NCBI GenBank assembly: GCA_048938895.1
Contig: JBHLLU010000013.1
Span: forward strand, 1 to 64,000
From: Promethearchaeota archaeon
GTDB taxonomy: Archaea > Asgardarchaeota > Lokiarchaeia > Sigyniarchaeales > SOKP01
Length of the DNA stretch: 64,000 bases
Direction of reading: 5' to 3'
Of the stretch, positions 20,724 through 30,733 are shown one piece after another. Under the pieces are notes generated by a model. The model was not told where the DNA came from. It did no database searches and saw only the letters and a program-made list of their open reading frames with translations. Both the position numbers and the translations under genes were made by a program. Each line of letters starts with the position of its first letter. Within the stretch, counting starts at the first letter, position 1.

Positions 20724-21725
20724 TTATTCTATTAAATGAGCGATTTCTTCAGGAAATTGCTCTCCTTTTACTTTCATACGGTTTAACATATCCTTAACTT
20801 CTGCGATAGTACTACCATAAATATGAAGTGAATTGCTAAAGTCTAAATAATGTCCAACTTCAACTCCCAATTTCTTTGCCATGCTTTTTTGAATTCTTAT
20901 CATACCATTTACATTTGCCCCCCATGCTCTAAATAAATCGCGACTTCTCCATGTTGTTTGCATAATCAATTTGCCCTCTTTTATACGCATAAAAATTCTC
21001 TGAAGGCATGGTGGATCTTCATGATAAGGATCCACTAATGGTCGCCAAGTTATTGCCTGGGCTCTTCGTGAATACGGTGATTCCTTAAGTTTTTGAAAAA
21101 TGTAGTCCATTTGATTTATTCTTGGAAAGTTTAAAGTGGCTATTGGAACTTCTTCAATGTTTAACTGATCTGAAATTGATTTGTCTAAATCAAATTCAAT
21201 TCCATTGTTCAATTGCCATTTTTTAGAATCAAATGAACTAATAATCTTCCCTGTCTTTTTTAATTTTTCATGGTTCTTTACATAATCATTTTCTATGACA
21301 TCTAGGTTATAGTTCTTATGAATAGAATCTTCCAAAGAATAAGGAGCGTAATTAAATAACCTATCGTGATAAGAATATGGAAAACTTACACCAGATTCAT
21401 ATAATAAGTGATCATTTATACCCTCCATAATTTCTTCAATATATCCACTCTGAATAGAACCAATTAAATATGTGTCCGCCATACATCCAAATACTTCATA
21501 AGAATTACTGAATTTAGATTTTATTTTCACTATTTTATCTTTACGCATAATTGGATTGCTTAATGGATTTAAAATTTCAATTAATACTGTTGCATCTTTA
21601 GAAGGTGGATCTTCTTCTTTATCATATTCTGTTTTTATATCGTCTCCGTTATATAAAACTTGGCCAATAGCAGATAACCATGCATCTCGGACATCATCTT
21701 TAGAAATGAAAATAACTTTTGCCAT
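20724..21725 (-). CDS. thyA: Archaeal-type thymidylate synthase with internal insertion
   Basis: YSYHDRL, SRRA, DPPCLQ (catalytic Cys), RSRD, AN and SLHIY motifs. Confidence 0.8.
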   Translation of the reverse strand: MAKVIFISKDDVRDAWLSAIGQVLYNGDDIKTEYDKEEDPPSKDATVLIEILNPLSNPIMRKDKIVKIKSKFSNSYEVFGCMADTYLIGSIQSGYIEEIMEGINDHLLYESGVSFPYSYHDRLFNYAPYSLEDSIHKNYNLDVIENDYVKNHEKLKKTGKIISSFDSKKWQLNNGIEFDLDKSISDQLNIEEVPIATLNFPRINQMDYIFQKLKESPYSRRAQAITWRPLVDPYHEDPPCLQRIFMRIKEGKLIMQTTWRSRDLFRAWGANVNGMIRIQKSMAKKLGVEVGHYLDFSNSLHIYGSTIAEVKDMLNRMKVKGEQFPEEIAHLIE

Positions 21726-22010
21726 TTTTATTCAACCCGATTGACTTTTAACAAATAAAACTAATATGGATATTTACTAATAACACTATTAGAATTTATT
21801 TGTTAAAAAATTAATAAAATTCTGTTGAGTTTTGTAATTTTTTAATTTTAATGGCTTAAAATATTTTAATTCCTACCTTGAGTTAAGACTTTCGAAAGAT
21901 TTATTAAACTCTGATTTTCATTATGATAATATAAGAATAAATTTGTTAGTTATTTTTAATAATAATTCTAAACATCATAAAATAATAAATAAACCTAAGG
22001 TTGAAATATA

Positions 22011-22196
22011 ATGGGTGATGATGACAAGAAAAAGAAAGGTTCTTTGAGAAAAGGTTTTGCAAAAGGATTTGGTAAATTAGTGGAAAATGTTACAGGATCC
22101 GAAGCTTTAGGAAAAGGTGTGAAAAAAGGAATCAAGAAAGGAAGTGTTAAAAAGGGCTTTAAAAAAGCAATGAAAGAAGCCACTGAAGATGACTGA
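22011..22196 (+). CDS. Small Lys/Gly-rich protein
   Basis: 61-aa ORF preceded by SD-like AAGGTTGA and followed by a T-rich tract. Confidence 0.6.
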   Translation: MGDDDKKKKGSLRKGFAKGFGKLVENVTGSEALGKGVKKGIKKGSVKKGFKKAMKEATEDD

Positions 22197-22311
22197 ATTA
22201 ATTAAATAAGTAATTTTGTATTCTTTTTTTTATTATTTATTAACATCAAACTTTTATTAACAACTTTATTTTAGTTTTATAAACAGATGAACTAATAGGT
22301 TTAATTAGAAA

Positions 22312-22602
22312 ATGAAATTATATCTTGAATTTTCTCCCCCATTTAACGAAGTTACTAAAAATCTTAATGAAATTTTTGATTTTGATAAAAATCTTACTTT
22401 ATCAGAATTAATAAACTTTTTTGAAGAAAAATATGGGAAAAAATTTACAGAATTAGTTTGGGAGAAGGGAAATAAAGGAGTTTTTAGCAAATATTTATCC
22501 ATAATAATCAATGGAAGGAGTTATCAACATGATAAATTCTTAGAAACTGTATTAAAAGATGGAGATCAAATAGTCTTTATATATATTTATTTTGGGGGAT
22601 AA
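22312..22602 (+). CDS. MoaD/ThiS/SAMP ubiquitin-like protein
   Basis: IIINGR...LKDGDQIVF...GG C-terminus. Confidence 0.88.
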   Translation: MKLYLEFSPPFNEVTKNLNEIFDFDKNLTLSELINFFEEKYGKKFTELVWEKGNKGVFSKYLSIIINGRSYQHDKFLETVLKDGDQIVFIYIYFGG

Positions 22603-22613
22603 CTTCTCTCGCT

Positions 22614-23645
22614 TTAAAGAAGAGATATAACCCAAATGCCTAATCCTGTCAACAGAGGATTCAAAATATTGTCTGATATATTCCTCGCAAATCTATCAAC
22701 TATTAAAAATAAAATGGTGGCGACTGTAGCCATTAATAATATTTTCTGTATGCTTACAGATATCCATGATTGATAAATTATCATTATTAATATGACAATT
22801 AGGAAAGTTGATACCCCACCCGCGATAAAACCTTCAATAGTTTTATTTGAGTTTTTTCTAAGACTAATTTTCCCATATTTCTTACCTATTATACAAGCAA
22901 TGGCATCTGCTCCAGTCGTTATTAGAGCAACGGCCCCAAAAATAGGAAAAGGGGTAAATAAAAAGGGTGTAAAAGATAAAACCAATGGTGTAGATGCAAT
23001 AAATGTACATTGTTCTTCCTGTCGCATGGACATATACCATTTTTTCGACCATTTAGGTAAAGTATAGAATTTATTTAAACGGGCAAGATCTCCAATTTGA
23101 AACATAATAACAAATCCAAAACCTATAGTAATAATCATCCAATAAGAGAAGCTATATTTATCTAAACCCCATTCTGCTAGAATCCCAAGATTATCAAGTA
23201 GAAGCCCCAAAGTCCAAAAGAAAAAGATTATGAAGCATGTAAATAAATGCAAAATTTTTCGACCAAATTCACTCTTAAGATTATCTGTCCAATTTTTATC
23301 GAATTCTTCACAATATTTACTGTAATCTCTTTCTGCCATAATTTCCGGATCTTTTTTTGCAGTCCTTCCATTATAAAACAACATTATTGTCAATACAATC
23401 ATTTCTAGAACAAAAGTTGTTGAAGTAAATAACCACATAGAGTTTAACGATTTTTGACTTAAATTGGGATCTTGAAATTGATACATAAAAGGAAATAATA
23501 TTCCTGCAACTAAAAATAGTAAAGCTATTAAAATCTCATTAGTTAAAATATGATTTTTCTTCTTAAGATGTCTATTCCTAAGTGTATAGATGAGAGTTAC
23601 AAATGAATAAGCAATAAAAATGATCGTGGTTGGAAGAAAATACAT
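22614..23645 (-). CDS. CTP-dependent polyprenol/diacylglycerol kinase family (dolichol/phytol kinase-like)
   Basis: RKILH; GADAIACIIGKKYG...NKTIEG; SDNIL motifs; polytopic membrane protein. Confidence 0.8.
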   Translation of the reverse strand: MYFLPTTIIFIAYSFVTLIYTLRNRHLKKKNHILTNEILIALLFLVAGILFPFMYQFQDPNLSQKSLNSMWLFTSTTFVLEMIVLTIMLFYNGRTAKKDPEIMAERDYSKYCEEFDKNWTDNLKSEFGRKILHLFTCFIIFFFWTLGLLLDNLGILAEWGLDKYSFSYWMIITIGFGFVIMFQIGDLARLNKFYTLPKWSKKWYMSMRQEEQCTFIASTPLVLSFTPFLFTPFPIFGAVALITTGADAIACIIGKKYGKISLRKNSNKTIEGFIAGGVSTFLIVILIMIIYQSWISVSIQKILLMATVATILFLIVDRFARNISDNILNPLLTGLGIWVISLL

Positions 23646-23719
23646 TTTCTTGTGAATTAATTTAAAATATTCTTAAAATGTTTTGATTTCTTCTATGAAA
23701 TCTTCAAAATATTAGCTTT

Positions 23720-24823
23720 TTAAATCCAAAATATTATGATTGTATAATAATCCAGGTCAAAAAAGAACCTTACAAACAAAAAGAGAAGACTACATCCAAT
23801 TGGGATTAATAGGTTGTCTGATAAATTAATTGGTTTATCAGTAAATAGATCAAAAACTAAAAAAGCGAAAGTAAATATTAGAGCCCAGAATAATCCTACG
23901 AAAAGAAAAGCTATTGCCAAAGTAACTAAAGTCCCTGCAATAGTTCCCTCCCAAGTTTTACTTTTATTCCAGAAAATATGTGTTTTTCCTAACCTTATGC
24001 CAATTTGACTTGTTACTAAATCACTTATTGATCCAATCCCCAATATTGTAAAGAAGACCATAGGGGGGCATGTAAAAGCCGCAAACATTTGTCCAATTGC
24101 AAAGAACATATAAGTGCCATAATTTTGTATTTCCTTTTCAGAAAGATAAATTTTAGTGAAAAATGTAAATGGAAAAGAAAGATTATTCGCTTTACGAGCA
24201 AATTCATTTGCTAACATAAATAGACTAAAGACGTAATAAAAGAAAAATAGGATATAGTAAAACCAACCTAATGAAAAAAGAACTTCAATAATAGAATTAG
24301 ACACCATCACTAGTCTAAAATATAATAGAAGCATGTTATTTTCTTCAGGAATCATACCCACAGAAGACCCAGTATAATGTTGAGCAATAAAAAGGCCAAT
24401 ATACCAAACTAGTACAAGACCAATAAAAATTAAAATGTGATTTATTTTCCTATGCGTGTCTCTTTTTGCTTTACTCCAGTTTTGTTTTTTTCTTTCTAAT
24501 TCTTTCCCTAAACTTGATATATCTCTATTACTTGTTCTGTTATAAACATTAACAAAAAGGGTAGAAATAAGCATAATGATGGTTATAAGTACTGGAGGTA
24601 TACCTAAAATAAGTAGCCACAAAGGTACCATAAATATTCTTAACGCTACTTCTTGATTCATTAACACTAAAAAGATAAAGATATGTATGAATACAAAAAG
24701 TAAAGCGCTAAAAGCAGTAATGTTATTTAAATTATCACTTTTATAGGAATAACGAATAAAACCATAAAGAATGAGAAGATAATAAAATGTAATAACACTA
24801 AACCAAATTTGGTAATAATCCAT
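23720..24823 (-). CDS. CTP-dependent polyprenol/diacylglycerol kinase family, paralogue 2
   Basis: RKINH; SDLVTSQIGIRLG...SKTWEG; SDNLLIP motifs. Confidence 0.78.
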   Translation of the reverse strand: MDYYQIWFSVITFYYLLILYGFIRYSYKSDNLNNITAFSALLFVFIHIFIFLVLMNQEVALRIFMVPLWLLILGIPPVLITIIMLISTLFVNVYNRTSNRDISSLGKELERKKQNWSKAKRDTHRKINHILIFIGLVLVWYIGLFIAQHYTGSSVGMIPEENNMLLLYFRLVMVSNSIIEVLFSLGWFYYILFFFYYVFSLFMLANEFARKANNLSFPFTFFTKIYLSEKEIQNYGTYMFFAIGQMFAAFTCPPMVFFTILGIGSISDLVTSQIGIRLGKTHIFWNKSKTWEGTIAGTLVTLAIAFLFVGLFWALIFTFAFLVFDLFTDKPINLSDNLLIPIGCSLLFLFVRFFFDLDYYTIIIFWI

Positions 24824-24949
24824 AATAAATTACATAGGTTTATTCTTTAAGTAATATTTGTCCTTAAAGTTAAATTAATGATATATATATTTACTTTAAA
24901 TTTTGGATTTAAAGTATAATAGATATATTTTCAATGAAGGTGAAGAATT

Positions 24950-25555
24950 CTGAAAAAAATCATATTAGCATCTAAATCTCCAGATAGAAAAATGCTTTTT
25001 AATCAAGCTAGAATTCCATTTGAAATTTTAAAACCAAACATTGATGAGGAGCTATTAAAGAATAAAATAAGTGATCCCGTAGAATTAGTCAAGGAGTTAG
25101 CAAGAGCAAAGGTTCTTTTCGCAAAGAATTTATTACAAAAAAACAAAAAAGAGGGGATTATAATCGCTGCAGATACTATTGTAGAATTAAAAGGACAAAT
25201 TATTGGGAAGGCTGTTGATGAACAAGATGCTTTTAAAATCCTTAAAAAACTAATTGGAAACACCCATAATTTGTTAACAGGGATAGCTATTACAGATACA
25301 GATGATTCAAAAATCATTGTAGATTATGAAACAACTATTGTGAAATTTATTCAACTTTCTGAATATGAAATTAAAAGTTACATTAGTTCAGGTGAATGGA
25401 GAGGAAGGGCTGGAGCTTATGCAATAACCGAAAAAGCAGGTTTATTTATTGAATTCATTCAAGGATCTTTTTCTAATATTGTTGGTCTTCCACTCCATAA
25501 AATATTTTTAATACTCAAAAATTATTTTCAATTTAATATTTTAGAAGAAATTTAA
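24950..25555 (+). CDS. maf: Maf-family nucleoside triphosphate pyrophosphatase; true start likely CTG at 24950 (or ATT at 24947), not ATG at 24992
   Basis: In-frame upstream LKKIILASKSPDR is the conserved Maf N-terminal motif; ADTIV, GRAGAY, NIVGLP; in-frame TGA at 24941. Confidence 0.88.
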   Translation: MKKIILASKSPDRKMLFNQARIPFEILKPNIDEELLKNKISDPVELVKELARAKVLFAKNLLQKNKKEGIIIAADTIVELKGQIIGKAVDEQDAFKILKKLIGNTHNLLTGIAITDTDDSKIIVDYETTIVKFIQLSEYEIKSYISSGEWRGRAGAYAITEKAGLFIEFIQGSFSNIVGLPLHKIFLILKNYFQFNILEEI

Positions 25556-25598
25556 ACAGTATTTTAGGATGCGAATAATAGAAAGTCTTTATGGTAGA

Positions 25599-25769
25599 TT
25601 AATTATTGTCGGCATTTCTCAAAGCTTTTAAATCTTCATAAAATCTTAGAATTCTTTCAAATCTAATTATTAAATTTTCATAATAGCCTCTATCAGCATG
25701 CTTCATGCCAGACAATCTTTTAGCAAGATTGATTTCATACTTATATCTATTTATTTTTTCATCAATCAC
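25599..25769 (-). CDS. Small helical hypothetical protein, 56 aa (MIDEKINRYKYEINLAKRLSGMKHADRGYYENLIIRFERILRFYEDLKALRNADNN)
   Basis: Hand translation from GTG at 25769 to TAA at 25599; fills an intergenic gap; below the ORF-track cutoff. Confidence 0.55.
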   Translation of the reverse strand: MIDEKINRYKYEINLAKRLSGMKHADRGYYENLIIRFERILRFYEDLKALRNADNN

Positions 25770-25931
25770 ATGGATTTTACAAAAAAAATCTTATATAAAC
25801 TCAAAAAATATTGTGATAATACTAGTTGAAAATTTAGCTTCAATTCTGTATTGGATTCTAATTTGAAATATAAATGCTTTTATAATTTAGTACCTTACTA
25901 AGTAGTATTATTTAAATGGAGATGATACATC

Positions 25932-26261
25932 TTGACTAAAAAATACAAAAATGGACAATTGATGAAATTTTTAACCGTCATCGGAGGTTTAGTTGCTTTA
26001 GCAAGTCAAATATTTACTATATTTAATTTTTCATGGCCTATAGGTCGTTTTGTGGGTTATTATGATCCAATTTATGCTATTATTGGGATCTTTATTTCAG
26101 TTATAACAATTTATACAGCTCTTAATCCAGATAATCCTTTTCCTTTTCACTGGTTATTCCTTTTTGTGTTAGGAATACTGATTATCATTTTTGCTGGCGG
26201 GATAATAGCTTGCGCATTGTTAATCATAGCTGCATTGATCGGATTAATTGAAGTATTGTAA
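25932..26261 (+). CDS. Small multi-TM membrane protein
   Basis: Hydrophobic 109-aa ORF with GGAG SD-like sequence upstream. Confidence 0.65.
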   Translation: MTKKYKNGQLMKFLTVIGGLVALASQIFTIFNFSWPIGRFVGYYDPIYAIIGIFISVITIYTALNPDNPFPFHWLFLFVLGILIIIFAGGIIACALLIIAALIGLIEVL

Positions 26262-26327
26262 AAAACGAATTACCAACCATTTAAGTTATAATTCAATCAT
26301 TTTTTTCTTAATTTTTTTTTTAATAAA

Positions 26328-27200
26328 TTAAAGAGATGCTTTTTTTAAGAAAAAACTAATTATTTGCTCTGCTATATTAACAGATGTAACTTTTTGTAAT
26401 GCAGTAAATCCTGGAATCGAATTTACCTCCAAAACCTGAAATCCACTTTTTCCTTCAATCAAATCCACACCAGCAATCTCAGTTTTAGTAACTTTAGCTG
26501 ATTTTATCGCTAGGTTTTCTAATTCATCGTTAATTTTTAAAGGTTCAGCCTTCGCACCAGCATAGATGTTAGTTTTCCAACTATCTCCTACGCGATACAT
26601 ACCTGCGATTGCTTCTTCACCTAAAACCAAAATTCTTATATCGCGGTTGTTATGTTCGATAAACTCTTGTAAATAAAAAACTTCATTAAGTCTACTTAAA
26701 GAATATATCACATTTTCTGCAAAAGCTTTATCATTCAAACGAGTAATACCAATTCCCTTTGATCCAAAAAGCGGTTTAAAAACACAATCTCTTCCTAATT
26801 CATCAAAAGCCTCTAAAGCTTTGCATGGATCTTCACAAATAATGGATTTAGGAGTAGGTATATTATGTTTTTCCAAAAAAACTGATGTTAAAAATTTATC
26901 ACTAGCAATTTCTAGAGATTCTCTTGAATTTATTAATTTAACATTATATTCTTCTATAGCCCTTAGAATATCAAGCCTAAAAAAGATTTTTTGAGTTGCA
27001 GCAGCACCAAAACCTCTCACTAATGCAGCTCGCGGTTCAAGTTTCCTAAATCTTTCTTTAAATTTTTCTTTAAATGAAATCATAATTTTCATTTGTGAAG
27101 GGGTAAAATATTCAACGTTATATCCTTTTTTCTTAAATTCATTACTTAATATCTGAACTTCAGGATCTGAAGGATTTGGGGTAATTATCATTGAGTGCAA
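26328..27200 (-). CDS. RimK-family ATP-grasp alpha-L-glutamate ligase (MptN/CofF-like)
   Basis: DKF, KPLFGSKGIG, YLQEFI, DIR, WKTN, GVD and LEVNSIPG motifs. Confidence 0.88.
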   Translation of the reverse strand: MHSMIITPNPSDPEVQILSNEFKKKGYNVEYFTPSQMKIMISFKEKFKERFRKLEPRAALVRGFGAAATQKIFFRLDILRAIEEYNVKLINSRESLEIASDKFLTSVFLEKHNIPTPKSIICEDPCKALEAFDELGRDCVFKPLFGSKGIGITRLNDKAFAENVIYSLSRLNEVFYLQEFIEHNNRDIRILVLGEEAIAGMYRVGDSWKTNIYAGAKAEPLKINDELENLAIKSAKVTKTEIAGVDLIEGKSGFQVLEVNSIPGFTALQKVTSVNIAEQIISFFLKKASL

Positions 27201-27281
27201 TTTATGTTCACCTTAAAAAAATTCACTTAATTTATCAATAGCATTAATTTTTAAATAAATTTAATTTCTTATAAAACATAT

Positions 27282-27905
27282 ATGAAATCAATGGATATCG
27301 GAGATAAAGAAACAGAAATAGAAAAATTATCTCTAATGCTAAGTAAAATTCAGAATCTTTATTACAAGAAGAAAGACCAACTGGAAGAACTGCAAATAGA
27401 GATTTCTGAATTAAGGGAAGTGTTAAATTTCCTTAATTCACTCATATCAAATAAATCCTTTCAAAGTGCTGATAAAATTTATTCAGATTCTTTACAAGAA
27501 GCTAAAATAAAGGCACTAGAAGAACAATATTTTGTAGAGGAGATACCTAAGGAACAAGTGAAAGATACAAATATAAAAAGAAAGATTTTTACCAAAGAAG
27601 AAGATAAAGATTCAAAATTAATTTGTGTGTTAAATTTTATAGATTTTAATCTTGTCGAGATAAAATTTATTGAACCACTGGAACGATCGATACGAGAAAC
27701 ATCAGAAGATTTTATAACTATTTTTTTAAGAGGTGCCCTTCTAAAAATTAAAGATCATAATCCCGATTTAGATTTAGAATATGAATATTTTAAGAATTCC
27801 AAACTAATAGAACGAATAAAAATATCAAATTTAAAAACTATGCAAGAATTTGATTTAATCACAGTTAAAATGAGGGAGCTTTTAGCCAAACAAATTGGCA
27901 CCTGA
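27282..27905 (+). CDS. Hypothetical protein with N-terminal coiled coil
   Basis: Heptad-like N-terminal 55 aa; no family recognised. Confidence 0.6.
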   Translation: MKSMDIGDKETEIEKLSLMLSKIQNLYYKKKDQLEELQIEISELREVLNFLNSLISNKSFQSADKIYSDSLQEAKIKALEEQYFVEEIPKEQVKDTNIKRKIFTKEEDKDSKLICVLNFIDFNLVEIKFIEPLERSIRETSEDFITIFLRGALLKIKDHNPDLDLEYEYFKNSKLIERIKISNLKTMQEFDLITVKMRELLAKQIGT

Positions 27906-28052
27906 AAAAGTTTAGTTTTTAAGATTTAATCGCGATCTGTTCTTATTAATTGCAAAAAATTATATTGAGATAATATATTGTTTAATTAAAATAGGAAAAA
28001 TTAATTATTCAGCAGTTCTTTATAATTTTATCGAAATTAATAAAAAGAGTGT

Positions 28053-28871
28053 TTGATTTTGGCAAAGAAAAATTCATGGTTACAAATGCCCAAGGTTCAC
28101 TCTAAATTTCACGATGCAGCATTAGAAGATATTTTGATTAGTAAATCTTTAGAGTTATTAACAGGTGATGAAGGAGAAGCTCCTTCATTTTTATTCCTTT
28201 CTGGAGCTTTTTTTGATGTCAAATCGTTTGCTTATTCGGGATTGAGAGCATGGAAGGGGGCAGTGAAACCCTCAGACGGAAATGGAGGGAGAAGGCCTGT
28301 ATTAGAAGCTACTTTTGCTTCGATATCAGTATATCTGAGCTCTCTCTTAGCATTACAATCAGACTTCTATTTTGCTTATGATGAAATAAAAGATATACTA
28401 ATTGAGAAAAAAAGAGAAGATTTATGGACTATAGTTTCTGAAAAACTTCCATTCATTTCAATTCCCCCCAAAGAGATGTATGGATCTCAAGTATCACCAA
28501 TATCTCCGTATTTTGTTATAAAACAAGATGAAGAATTGACATTAGGAGAAATATATCCATCCACGTATTTATCTCAGGTGATTGAGAATATAAAAACTAG
28601 ATTCTTCGTGTTTTTTCAATATCAAGGGTACTCTGCTTTTGGTTTTTTTAATGCCTTACCAGATCTCTCTAAATTTGGCTTTGAGGAACACGCAAGAGAT
28701 TTTAACGATGAACCTACCCCCGACAATTTATCAAAATATGTTAAAAATGCAAAAAATATAAAAGAAGTATTAATTGCTCTTATTCATGCTCATAATAATG
28801 CTCTACTTGAACAATTTCTAATACCAGATTACGAATTATTGCTAAATAAACTATTGGAAGGTGCTGTTTAA
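28053..28871 (+). CDS. Hypothetical protein translationally coupled to a small GTPase
   Basis: TAATG stop/start overlap at 28871. Confidence 0.7.
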   Translation: MILAKKNSWLQMPKVHSKFHDAALEDILISKSLELLTGDEGEAPSFLFLSGAFFDVKSFAYSGLRAWKGAVKPSDGNGGRRPVLEATFASISVYLSSLLALQSDFYFAYDEIKDILIEKKREDLWTIVSEKLPFISIPPKEMYGSQVSPISPYFVIKQDEELTLGEIYPSTYLSQVIENIKTRFFVFFQYQGYSAFGFFNALPDLSKFGFEEHARDFNDEPTPDNLSKYVKNAKNIKEVLIALIHAHNNALLEQFLIPDYELLLNKLLEGAV

Positions 28872-29506
28872 TGGTAAACATAGGATTGTTAGGAGATGTA
28901 AGTGTTGGAAAAACTAGTATTTTACGCCTTTTTGTTAGGTATTTAAAAAAGGGGGATATTGAAAAAGTTGAGGGTGGTGTGAAGTGTTCTGTAGTTAAAG
29001 CTGATTTTTCAGGTGAGGCAACGGTACCAGGGGGAGATAAAGAGGATGCCCTTAATGAGAAAGAGACAAAAACGATTCATCCTAACCGAATTGTGTTTCG
29101 GGAGGATACAAATAATAGGGCTCATACAATATTTGCACCTGGAGGAGATCGTAAACGAGCTGTAGTAAAAATGGGTATTATTACGATTTCACGAATAGCT
29201 ACTCAAATTGTGGCTGTTTTCTCTCTCGATAGAGACTTAGAACCCCAGTTTGAATTCTTCAACGATGTAAGATTTTTCCCTGATAAAATTTATGTGTGCA
29301 TAAATAAAGTTGATTTAATAGAAGGGGATAGAGATAAAAAAATAGGTGAAATGACAAACAAGATTCAGGAATTCTTTGAAGCTCGTAAAATAGCGATAAA
29401 TGAATTCTTTACAACTTGTGGTGAAACTGTTGAAAATTTTGCAGAAGTTGAACAATTTAATAATAAAGTCGCAGAAATGATTTTAGAGATAACTACGAAA
29501 CATTAA
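28871..29506 (+). CDS. Ras-superfamily small GTPase with atypical G3 motif
   Basis: G1 GDVSVGKT, G2 Thr (KTIHP), G3 FAPGG, G4 NKVD, G5-like TTCG. Confidence 0.85.
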   Translation: MVNIGLLGDVSVGKTSILRLFVRYLKKGDIEKVEGGVKCSVVKADFSGEATVPGGDKEDALNEKETKTIHPNRIVFREDTNNRAHTIFAPGGDRKRAVVKMGIITISRIATQIVAVFSLDRDLEPQFEFFNDVRFFPDKIYVCINKVDLIEGDRDKKIGEMTNKIQEFFEARKIAINEFFTTCGETVENFAEVEQFNNKVAEMILEITTKH

Positions 29507-29544
29507 GCTCCAAAAATAAAAATCTATTTACTCTTAAGTTTTAG

Positions 29545-30072
29545 TTATTTCTTTACTTTTAAAGCTAAATTTATAATTAATTTATTTAAATCTAGCTGAT
29601 ATCCTATAAGAGGTGTAAGTCTTACAGTTCCCAAATTTTTATCAAGTTCTATATACCCAAGCTTCTCTAATTCCTTTAAATCATCAATTACATGTTTTTT
29701 CTTTCGTAAATCTTTAACATTTTGAATCTTTGCTTGACCATGTCTTTCCAGACAACAAACTATTGTATAGAATAACGTTGAGGCTAGTCTTGGTTTATTT
29801 GCAAAGGGATTTGCAGAAACGAAATCAGATGATTCTGATCCAAATGCAATGAACCAGGTTGAGGAAATAGGATTGAATCTAACTTGAAGACCTAAGGGTT
29901 CGATATAACTCGATAATTGAGTAATTAAATCCTCAAAATAGATTGATTCATTTTTACCATTTAGATTTAATTTTTCTAAGATATCTTCCCTAGAAGCACC
30001 TATGTGAAATTTTCCTTGTTTTTTACTTAAGAGATGCATTAAAATGGTAATTTCATTCATATTTTTCACCAC
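29545..30072 (-). CDS. Tandem winged-helix KITE subunit (ScpB/Nse1/Nse3-like); start may be ATG at 30060
   Basis: LITQLSSYIEPLGLQV (first WH), LKELEKLGYIE (second WH); directly follows the kleisin and SMC genes. Confidence 0.7.
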   Translation of the reverse strand: MVKNMNEITILMHLLSKKQGKFHIGASREDILEKLNLNGKNESIYFEDLITQLSSYIEPLGLQVRFNPISSTWFIAFGSESSDFVSANPFANKPRLASTLFYTIVCCLERHGQAKIQNVKDLRKKKHVIDDLKELEKLGYIELDKNLGTVRLTPLIGYQLDLNKLIINLALKVKK

Positions 30073-30726
30073 TCATTTCAAATATAAAAAATTTGATTCC
30101 TTTTGATATTTAATTTTACCTAATTGCAGTAGATGCAGTAAATATACAAAATTTTCATATATAGTGATTTGATTCTGCTCATTCTCAAATACTTCATCAA
30201 AAGCACAAGGGAGTTTATTTTTGATATTTTTATAAAACATTAACATTTTTTCAGTGAACTTTCCTTTAGGAATTTCTAATAAAAATGTCTCTCTCACTTC
30301 TAATTTATCTAAATGTTCAATAAGGATAGGTTCTCTTTTTAGATTATTTAATTTCTCTTTAGAAATTTCAAGGAAATCGAGAGAGAGTGAGTCAATATTG
30401 AACGGTTTTATCCAACAATCACTTAGTAATTGATCTATTTCTATGTCTCTGGGATTTGATTTTAAAAATGATAAAAAACCATCTCTTCTATCAATATTAT
30501 TAATTAAAACTTCTAATTCATCAAATTTTTGAACTAAAAGTTGAAGGGCATTATTATATGTTGCAGTATAGTGGTTGAGATTTTCAATATGAAGTGAATT
30601 TTTTAACTGTTCAAAAATTGGAACTAATTCGACATCTAATAGTGTTATTTCACCCGAAATAATTTTTATTTGAATTTGTTCTATTTTTTTATTTATTTCT
30701 TTAGAAAAATCCTTGAATTCCTTCAT
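30073..30726 (-). CDS. Kleisin (ScpA/Nse4-like)
   Basis: N-terminal ITLLDVEL...ALQLLVQK helical motif; C-terminal YENFVYLLHLLQLGKI winged helix; adjacent to SMC. Confidence 0.75.
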   Translation of the reverse strand: MKEFKDFSKEINKKIEQIQIKIISGEITLLDVELVPIFEQLKNSLHIENLNHYTATYNNALQLLVQKFDELEVLINNIDRRDGFLSFLKSNPRDIEIDQLLSDCWIKPFNIDSLSLDFLEISKEKLNNLKREPILIEHLDKLEVRETFLLEIPKGKFTEKMLMFYKNIKNKLPCAFDEVFENEQNQITIYENFVYLLHLLQLGKIKYQKESNFLYLK

Positions 30727-30733
30727 CTGTTCT

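Noticed and set aside
30058-30075. Kleisin TGA in frame with the KITE gene, as a possible Sec or readthrough fusion
   Set aside because: A GGTGA SD-like sequence and an ATG at 30060 explain separate initiation; no SECIS-like hairpin was seen downstream.
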